IMG/VR virus record: IMGVR_UViG_3300036786_000087
Coordinates: 1 to 47,731 of that record
Length of the DNA: 47,731 bases
From: a virus
Taxonomy: Duplodnaviria > Caudoviricetes
Strand: one strand, 5' to 3'
The position numbers and the translations under genes were made by a program. Shown here in pieces: positions 38,264 to 44,061 of this stretch; position 1 is the stretch's first letter; the number at the start of each line of letters is the position of its first letter. The notes below the pieces were generated by a model. The model worked only from the letters and a program-made list of their open reading frames with translations. It made no database searches and was not told where the DNA came from.

Positions 38264-38367
38264 GTCGTCTCGGCCCATGGCCGGGATGTTGGATCGAAAC
38301 TGGGGTGTTGGCGTGATTGGTGCCAACGGTGCGCCGGCCGGAACATTTCCGGCCGGCGCTCCCTTAT
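38264..38367 (+). ncRNA. Predicted sRNA: solitary type I-C-like CRISPR repeat + about 30-nt pseudo-spacer + terminal hairpin
   Basis: GTCGTCTCGGCCCATGGCCGGGATGTTGGATCGAAAC (38264-38300); G-U pairs favour the plus strand; 13-bp hairpin at 38331-38359. Confidence 0.62.
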
Positions 38368-38675
38368 CAGCTGATCGCGTAAAACCCCTCGATCGTGTCG
38401 GAGCCGCCCGAGATCTTGGTGGCGATCTTGCGCAGGCCGGCCAAGAATGACTGCAGGCTGGTGTCGAAGGTGGCCGACGTCGAGCCCTTACGCCCCTCAA
38501 TGCAGAGACGATCATCACGGACCCAGATCCTGAGATTGCGGTCGCCAGCGAAACGCCGGTCGACGAACTCAAGGTTGATGTAGACCCGGTCTTTCCACTC
38601 GCCGGTGCGCTCGATCCCGGGCAACTCCTCGACCTTGCCGAGAGAGGTGATGGTCTTAGTCGAAAGATTGGTCAT
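38367..38675 (-). CDS. 102-aa unknown protein, candidate anti-CRISPR/anti-defence
   Basis: AGGAG RBS; first gene behind the cassette promoter. Confidence 0.78.
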   Translation of the reverse strand: MTNLSTKTITSLGKVEELPGIERTGEWKDRVYINLEFVDRRFAGDRNLRIWVRDDRLCIEGRKGSTSATFDTSLQSFLAGLRKIATKISGGSDTIEGFYAIS

Positions 38676-38726
38676 CTGAGGTCTCCTACCTGCCGCGGTT
38701 GGCTCATCCATCCGCCGATGACAGAC

Positions 38727-38755
38727 CGTATACACCGTCAGTGTATGGTACGCAA
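38727..38755 (-). promoter_or_regulatory. Cassette promoter with operator palindrome
   Basis: TTGCGT(38755-38750)-N17-TATACG(38732-38727); ATACAC-N5-GTGTAT at 38730-38746. Confidence 0.8.
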
Positions 38756-38801
38756 GCCCCAATTTCGGGCGCGGGCGGATTTTCTAACCGAGGAGAAGAA
38801 C

Positions 38802-38900
38802 ATGGAGACGATCCTGATCGTCGTGATTGCGCTCGCCTGCCTTTCGGCCATCGGCTTCGCCATCGGCTGGGCGAAGACCAAGCCGAGCGACCTGATATGA
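38802..38900 (+). CDS. 32-aa single-TM peptide
   Basis: GAGGAG RBS; METILIVVIALACLSAIGFAIGWAKTKPSDLI; ATGA coupling to the i-spanin. Confidence 0.65.
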   Translation: METILIVVIALACLSAIGFAIGWAKTKPSDLI

Positions 38901-39400
38901 CCGGGCTCGTCACAGGGATCGGCCTCAAGCTCGCGCTCGGCGGCGTGCTTGGAAAGATCGGCGCCGCGATCAAAGGCGCGGCCGCGTTTATCGTCGCGCA
39001 CTGGAAAGCCGCGCTGATCGTCGCAGCCATCGTGGCGCCCGTCATCTATGCGCTGATCTGCCTTCATCGCGAACACGCGGCCGAAGCCAATATCCCCGTC
39101 CTGCAGCAAGCCTTCGCGAACGAGCGCAAGGCTTTCCAGGCCGAGCGGCAGGCGTTCGCGACGGAGCAAGCCAGCCTCGCCGGGGCCAGGACTCAGATCG
39201 ACGATACGAACAAGCGCGTCATGGCCCAAGCGGCAGACCTCGAGCTGGCGAAGCACGATGCAGCCGCCGCCGACGCGCGCAACGCCAGCCTGGCGCGGTC
39301 GACGGATAGCCGGATCGCCGCGCTTCAGGCGGCCGCCGGGAAGCACGGCGCCCCGTGCACCCTTTCGGATGGTGTGAAGAAGGAGTTGGAAAACCAATGA
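38897..39400 (+). CDS. Inner-membrane spanin (Rz-like)
   Basis: N-terminal TM, long coiled coil, C-terminal Cys. Confidence 0.75.
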   Translation: MTGLVTGIGLKLALGGVLGKIGAAIKGAAAFIVAHWKAALIVAAIVAPVIYALICLHREHAAEANIPVLQQAFANERKAFQAERQAFATEQASLAGARTQIDDTNKRVMAQAADLELAKHDAAAADARNASLARSTDSRIAALQAAAGKHGAPCTLSDGVKKELENQ

Positions 39401-39738
39401 AGAGGCTCATCATCCTGCCGGCGCTCCTGCTCACGCTCACGGCCGGCCAATGCGGAGGCGACGGGGCGGACCATGTTTCCAGCGTCGGGGAGCGCGTCGT
39501 CTATCAGACCGTCGATAAGCCGGTTCGTGAACCGTGCCCGGTCAAGGAGCCGACACCGCCCGCGAAGCTGGCCCGCCCCCTGCCGGACGATCCTGCCGCG
39601 CTCGTCGCTCTCCTCCTCGCCAAGCTTTTGGAATATGACGGGCCGGGGAAATATGTGTCCCAGGTCCATGACGGTTTTGCGATCTGTACGCGGGCAGTGC
39701 CGCCGAATGCCCCGCAATCGCCCGCTGCGGCTCACTAG
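39397..39738 (+). CDS. Outer-membrane spanin (Rz1-like lipoprotein)
   Basis: AAGGAG RBS; signal peptide ending LTAGQC (atypical lipobox); Pro-rich with extra Cys. Confidence 0.7.
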   Translation: MKRLIILPALLLTLTAGQCGGDGADHVSSVGERVVYQTVDKPVREPCPVKEPTPPAKLARPLPDDPAALVALLLAKLLEYDGPGKYVSQVHDGFAICTRAVPPNAPQSPAAAH

Positions 39739-39778
39739 GCGCGATTTCAGGCTTTTCCGCTATTCCGGCCTGAAGCGC

Positions 39779-40021
39779 TTAGACGCGCTCCTGCGGCTTC
39801 CTGGGGCTCTCGCGAATGTCGTTGAAGTTCCGCTCGGCAAACGGCTGATCGTGCGGCCCGCGCGCGAAAACGATCAGGTCGTTGTCGAAGTCGATTTCCC
39901 GCCTGGCCCGCCGATCCCAACCCATGTGGATGAAGTCCGGCTTGCCGAACGCGCGCACGGCTGAGGCGTATTCCTCTCCCCGGAAGCCGACGAAGTGAAC
40001 CGCGCCCCTGTGCCGAGTCAT
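39779..40021 (-). CDS. Small phage protein
   Basis: AAGGTGG RBS; VHFVGFRGEEY.SAVR.FG.PDFIH..WD.RA. Confidence 0.7.
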   Translation of the reverse strand: MTRHRGAVHFVGFRGEEYASAVRAFGKPDFIHMGWDRRARREIDFDNDLIVFARGPHDQPFAERNFNDIRESPRKPQERV

Positions 40022-40037
40022 CGCTACCACCTTTCAC

Positions 40038-40082
40038 GCCCCCGCTGCGCTGGTCTCAGGACCGGCCGGCGGGGGCTTTTTT
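40038..40082 (+). terminator. Intrinsic terminator of the late/lysis transcript
   Basis: GCCCCCGCTG...CGGCGGGGGC followed by TTTTTT. Confidence 0.8.
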
Positions 40083-40087
40083 GCGTT

Positions 40088-40264
40088 TCAGGTCCAGCGC
40101 GTCTCGATCTCGGCCGGTACGGTCAGCCAGATGCGGCGCGCGTCATAGGCGTCGCGGTCGCCGAGGCCGTGCGCGATCGCATCCTCCAGCGCTTCGCGCC
40201 GCGTGGTTCGCCACGGCCCTTTCGGCGTCAGCCGGGGCAGGATGACGAGGCGATGCTCGATCAT
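40088..40264 (-). CDS. 58-aa hypothetical protein (SOS cassette)
   Basis: ATGA coupling; GPWR.TRREALEDAI..GL. Confidence 0.65.
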   Translation of the reverse strand: MIEHRLVILPRLTPKGPWRTTRREALEDAIAHGLGDRDAYDARRIWLTVPAEIETRWT

Positions 40265-40581
40265 CGCCGCGGATGCCGCAGCTCGGTGACCAGCCTCTCC
40301 AGCCTCCGGCGCTCGGCGTCGATCCGGATCGTCTCCTGGAGCAACTGCCCGTTCTCGATCCGCTGCGCGATGACGTGCTGGCGAACGGGCCCCGGCAAAG
40401 CGAGGATGTTCGTCTCGGTCGGCGTCCAATCCCTGCGGCCGCCATAGCGCCTGATCGTCTCGAACAACACGCCGACGTCATAGGCGCGGACGACGCAGAG
40501 CCCGTAATCGAGGCCCCAATCCTGTCTGTCCATCGCCTCCTGAAGGCGCGCGATCACATCCTTGAGGACCGAATCGGCCAT
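40261..40581 (-). CDS. 106-aa hypothetical protein (SOS cassette)
   Basis: ATG 11 nt downstream of the LexA box; C-terminal coiled coil. Confidence 0.65.
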   Translation of the reverse strand: MADSVLKDVIARLQEAMDRQDWGLDYGLCVVRAYDVGVLFETIRRYGGRRDWTPTETNILALPGPVRQHVIAQRIENGQLLQETIRIDAERRRLERLVTELRHPRR

Positions 40582-40592
40582 CGCGCCGATGT

Positions 40593-40616
40593 GAACGAAC
40601 GCGGAACATCGGGCAA
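40593..40616 (-). promoter_or_regulatory. Alphaproteobacterial LexA (SOS) box in a promoter
   Basis: GAAC-N7-GAAC at 40593-40607 (GTTC-N7-GTTC on minus); -35-like TTGCCC at 40616-40611. Confidence 0.8.
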
Positions 40617-40632
40617 GATGGGGGACGCACTG

Positions 40633-40821
40633 CGTTTTACGCAGCCCCACTAAGCCTTTGAAAGCAACCGGACGAATTTTCGCCCATTTTCCACCGCGCG
40701 GCGCAGATTTCCGCCAAAGGCGCCAGCTTGGAAGGCTAGTGCTCTACCATTGAGCTATACCCGCGAGATCAAGTACTTAGCTGTTGGTTGGTTGCCTCGT
40801 TTTACAGGGCGTTTTACAGGG
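40633..40821. other. attP region
   Basis: tRNA-derived core; IHF-like sites TAAGCCTTTGAAA (40651) and GATCAAGTACTTA (40767); arm-type repeats CGTTTTACAGGG x2 (40798-40821) and CGTTTTAC (40633). Confidence 0.85.
40723..40764 (-). tRNA. 5' half of tRNA-Gly(TCC) (att core; not a full gene)
   Basis: GCGGGTATAGCTCAATGGTAGAGCACTAGCCTTCCAAGCTGG: acceptor 5' strand, D arm, anticodon arm; no T arm. Confidence 0.9.
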
Positions 40822-41968
40822 CGCGGCTGATGCGCTCGCCCAGTGCCACCACGATGGCGGCGTCGTCAACATAGGTTCGGCGGACGCGGTCGACGTTCTC
40901 GGGCGACCAGGCGACGATGCGTCCGATCTGTTCGTTCGTCAGCGGCGGGTCGGCCAGCAGGCACAGCTTCGTCACGAAGGTGCCGCGGCAATCGTGCAGG
41001 TGCTTCTTGCGGTCGGGCTCGCCCAGCTCCGGATTGCCGGGATGGACGATGCCGCGGCCGCCATAGGCGAAGTCTCGGATCTGGTTGAACGCCTGGGTGA
41101 GGCTGCCCGGGGTCCAGGGAAGGCCGAGGCTGTTCACCAGCAGCGTCTTGACACCAGGCTGGCGCGGTCGGGTGCGCAGCTCGGCGATCAGGCGGCGGCT
41201 CTCCGGGATCAGCGGCACGACCGCGCGCCGGCGGCGCCCCTTGCTCTTCTTGCGCGCCGTCCTGACGATCGCGTGCTCGGCGACCTCGTCGTCATTGACC
41301 GCGACCAGGTCGGCGCGGCGCATGCCGGTGAGATTGGCGAGATCGAGCGCGTCGAGCACCTCGATCCGGTTCAGCGCCATCGCCGCCTCCGCGAAGGCCT
41401 GAACATCGTCGGGCAGCCAGACGATCTCGGCGCGGTCCGCGGGCTGGTAGATGGTCGGCACGTCGGCGGCGACGTTCAGCGTCACGATCAGGCGCAGCTT
41501 GCCGAAGGCAAGTAGCTCGCCAAGCACTTGGACGCCCATGTCGGCGCCGCGTGGCGTCGCCGCGCGGCTGTCGCGCCAGGCGATCACCTTCGCGATCATG
41601 CGCGGATCGTTCCACAAAGCGACCGGCAGCGCGCCCCATTTCTCCTCTATCCGGTGGAGCTCGCCGCCCCACGTCTCGCGCGTGGACGGCGCGAGGGCCC
41701 TCCATTCCGGGCTGGCATTGTCGAGGCAGCCGGTGCCGCGCCATAGCCGGACCAGCCCCGAGAGCAGGCCGGCGTCGCGGTGCGCGGTCGATTCCTCGAG
41801 CGCCTGCTCGATCGTCTGCAACTCCGCCTTGCCGAGCTTCGGCCGCTTCGGCCCCTCGCTCTTGAGGATCAGCGGCGCACCCTTCCCGCGCCAGGCATAG
41901 ACGTACCAGCGGACGGGCTTGCCGGGCTTCGCCGAGCGGACGAAATGGACGCCGGCGACGTCGCTCAT
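40814..41968 (-). CDS. int: Tyrosine integrase
   Basis: TGMRRADL, HLHDCRGT, VAWS, RRTYV (R-H-R-W-Y). Confidence 0.93.
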   Translation of the reverse strand: MSDVAGVHFVRSAKPGKPVRWYVYAWRGKGAPLILKSEGPKRPKLGKAELQTIEQALEESTAHRDAGLLSGLVRLWRGTGCLDNASPEWRALAPSTRETWGGELHRIEEKWGALPVALWNDPRMIAKVIAWRDSRAATPRGADMGVQVLGELLAFGKLRLIVTLNVAADVPTIYQPADRAEIVWLPDDVQAFAEAAMALNRIEVLDALDLANLTGMRRADLVAVNDDEVAEHAIVRTARKKSKGRRRRAVVPLIPESRRLIAELRTRPRQPGVKTLLVNSLGLPWTPGSLTQAFNQIRDFAYGGRGIVHPGNPELGEPDRKKHLHDCRGTFVTKLCLLADPPLTNEQIGRIVAWSPENVDRVRRTYVDDAAIVVALGERISRAL

Positions 41969-42225
41969 TCGGCGCCCGCCCGAAGCCTTTCAATCTCTAG
42001 TTCCGCATCGATAAGAGCAAAAAGGGCGCAGTCGTAAATTCGCTTTGCGCCCGCATTAGTCCGCAAAACATGATTTGCGGACTCTGCGCCAATACCGAAC
42101 TTGTCTTCAAGCCGTCGCCTTGCTCGCAGTTCGGCCTGGGCCCGGTCGTCCCAATAAGCATCCTCTGCAGCGGTTGGCTTCTGACGGCTCGCCCATGTTG
42201 ATGGATTTGATACATCGGCCATCAT
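41965..42225 (-). CDS. Hypothetical protein, visibly lower GC
   Basis: Coupled at both ends; many A/T-ending codons. Confidence 0.6.
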   Translation of the reverse strand: MMADVSNPSTWASRQKPTAAEDAYWDDRAQAELRARRRLEDKFGIGAESANHVLRTNAGAKRIYDCALFALIDAELEIERLRAGAE

Positions 42226-42431
42226 ATCTTCCCCTCGGCCTGCAGCCGGTCGAACAAGGTGCCTTCCGGCTGCGGAATCGCGCGCGCTTCCATGACGGTC
42301 ACCGTGCCGTCAGGTGCGACCGAGAGGCCGGCTACGTCAAGCCCGAGCTCGCGGGCCGTTTCCACGATCTTGCGGATCGCGACCTTGCCCAGATAGCCGC
42401 GCTTCGGTTCGATGGCGCGGCCGTTGTCCAC
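42222..42431 (-). CDS. Putative excisionase/recombination directionality factor
   Basis: Small; IRKIVETARELGLDVAGLSVAPDGTVTV pattern typical upstream of alphaproteobacterial integrases. Confidence 0.5.
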   Translation of the reverse strand: MDNGRAIEPKRGYLGKVAIRKIVETARELGLDVAGLSVAPDGTVTVMEARAIPQPEGTLFDRLQAEGKI

Positions 42432-42848
42432 CTAGGCGGCCTCGACCGAGACGGGGGCGGCCGGCGCGCCGGTCCAGAAGCCGCGGGCCCAGACGATGCG
42501 CTCGTGGATGGCCCATACGGCGTCGCGGCGCTGGCGGAGGGCGGCGTTGTCGGGCTTGACGGCGTGGGCTTGCTCGCGCCGCTGGAGGGCGCGCGCGGCA
42601 GCCAATTCCAGCTCCGCCCACGATTGGTCCGTCTCGACCCCGCCATCTGCGAACAAGCGCGCGATCGCGTCCCAGGCGGCGATATCGGCGGCTGCCTCGC
42701 CGCGTTCGATCCCGCCGGCATCGACCTGGGCCGGGTAGTGGGTGACGCGCGCCTCATGCTCGAGCCGCGCCATCTGGCCGAGCCATGCGCGAATGCCGCG
42801 CTCGGCATCCGACAGGGGCGAGGGCGCGCGCATCACGCGTTCGCCCAT
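42432..42848 (-). CDS. Hypothetical protein
   Basis: ORF in the leftward operon. Confidence 0.65.
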   Translation of the reverse strand: MGERVMRAPSPLSDAERGIRAWLGQMARLEHEARVTHYPAQVDAGGIERGEAAADIAAWDAIARLFADGGVETDQSWAELELAAARALQRREQAHAVKPDNAALRQRRDAVWAIHERIVWARGFWTGAPAAPVSVEAA

Positions 42849-43279
42849 TCAATGATCGTGTTGACGTGGCACCAGCGCGAGTTGAGCGAGCACCAGCATT
42901 GGAGATCGCAACCCCTGAGCAATGCCAGCTCGGCCCATAGACGCCGGCGCAAGCGCATGAGGGCATCGATCTCGGCCGGGCTGAAGCCGAGATGCTCCAG
43001 GCGCAATGCGCCGAGCCGACCCTCGCCCCACAGGCGATGTAGCTTGTAGGCGCGCGCGACCCCGAAACGGCGCCAGTCGAACGGATTGCCGCGCACTGTC
43101 GGGCGACCGCAATAGATAACGCCTTCAGGCGTCTTCGCGCCCTTCTTCCGGGAGCGCTGATGCCGCCGAGGCCAAGCGGCGGGGGCCTGGATGACCCCCG
43201 CTGCCGATGCCGGATTGTCGCCGCCGCAAGGTCGCGGCGAAGCCGCGACCCAATCGGCGACGCCAAGGACGATGCTCAC
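42833..43279 (-). CDS. DUF4326 domain protein
   Basis: RSRKKG..P..IYCGRPT..GNPF..LRGCDLQCWC..CH. Confidence 0.85.
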   Translation of the reverse strand: MSIVLGVADWVAASPRPCGGDNPASAAGVIQAPAAWPRRHQRSRKKGAKTPEGVIYCGRPTVRGNPFDWRRFGVARAYKLHRLWGEGRLGALRLEHLGFSPAEIDALMRLRRRLWAELALLRGCDLQCWCSLNSRWCHVNTIIEWANA

Positions 43280-44061
43280 TCGGCGTCGCCGGAGGTCGCT
43301 GCGTCCGCGTCGAGAACGGCCTGCGGGTTGGCGAAGCCGAACATCGGCAAGAAGACATATTCGCCCTTCTCATGCTCGGGCCGCCACTTAGTTCCGGCGA
43401 TCTCGGCGAGGACGCAATAGACGATGTCCCGCGCCGCCCACGCCGCCCACGCCGCCCACGCCGCCCACGCCGCCCACGCCGCCCGCGCCTCCCACGCCGC
43501 CCGCGCCTCCCACGCCGCCCGCGCCTCCCGCGCCTCCCGCGCCTCCCGCGCCGCCCGCGCCTCCCACGCCGCCCACGCCGCCCGCGCCTCCCACGCCGCC
43601 CGCGCCTCCCGCGCCTCCCGCGCCGCCCGCGCCTCCCACGATTGCTGGTCCGTCATGCGGTCGAGGTGGCGCCAGAAAGCGAGGATGGTCGGCGCCTGAG
43701 CGCCCAGGATCTTCTCCGGGTTGGTGAGCACGTCCTGAGGACAGCCGTCATCGCTATCGTTGACCTGGCGAAGCAGGATCGAATGAGTGATGCTGATGCC
43801 GAGCAACTCGGCAACCTTGGCGTCGGCCGTAACCTGGGCCATCGACATCAGATCTTTGGGGCCGAAGCCGTTGTGGAGAAGCACGTCACCTTGGGCGCAG
43901 GCGCACCCGGACGCGGCGTCGGTCCCGCCGCCGCTGCCGGCACCGCCGTTGTCCTCATAGGCGGCATGGTCGAACAGCCGTCCCTTGAACAGCGGCCGCC
44001 GCGCCGGGTCGGTCCAACGCGCCAGAGCATCCCGCGCGGCGGGGGTGAGGATAGTCGTCAT
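43276..44061 (-). CDS. Protein with an AAW/AAR/EAR tripeptide repeat tract
   Basis: CACAQG; NPEKILG..ILAFW; repeat tract; FLPMFG. Confidence 0.8.
   Translation of the reverse strand: MTTILTPAARDALARWTDPARRPLFKGRLFDHAAYEDNGGAGSGGGTDAASGCACAQGDVLLHNGFGPKDLMSMAQVTADAKVAELLGISITHSILLRQVNDSDDGCPQDVLTNPEKILGAQAPTILAFWRHLDRMTDQQSWEARAAREAREARAAWEARAAWAAWEARAAREAREAREARAAWEARAAWEARAAWAAWAAWAAWAAWAARDIVYCVLAEIAGTKWRPEHEKGEYVFLPMFGFANPQAVLDADAATSGDAE
43429..43635 (-). repeat. Coding 9-bp minisatellite, 23 units
   Basis: Unit G(C/A)G GCG (T/C)GG on the minus strand. Confidence 0.95.

Noticed and set aside
38264-38367. True two-repeat CRISPR mini-array or self-targeting spacer
   Set aside because: The second hairpin lacks the GAAAC tail, no cas genes are present, and I saw no match to the pseudo-spacer in the phage by eye (not exhaustive)
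40723-40764. Functional phage-encoded tRNA
   Set aside because: No T arm or 3' acceptor strand
43429-43635. Repeat tract as a CRISPR array
   Set aside because: Contiguous 9-bp units with no spacers, in frame within a gene
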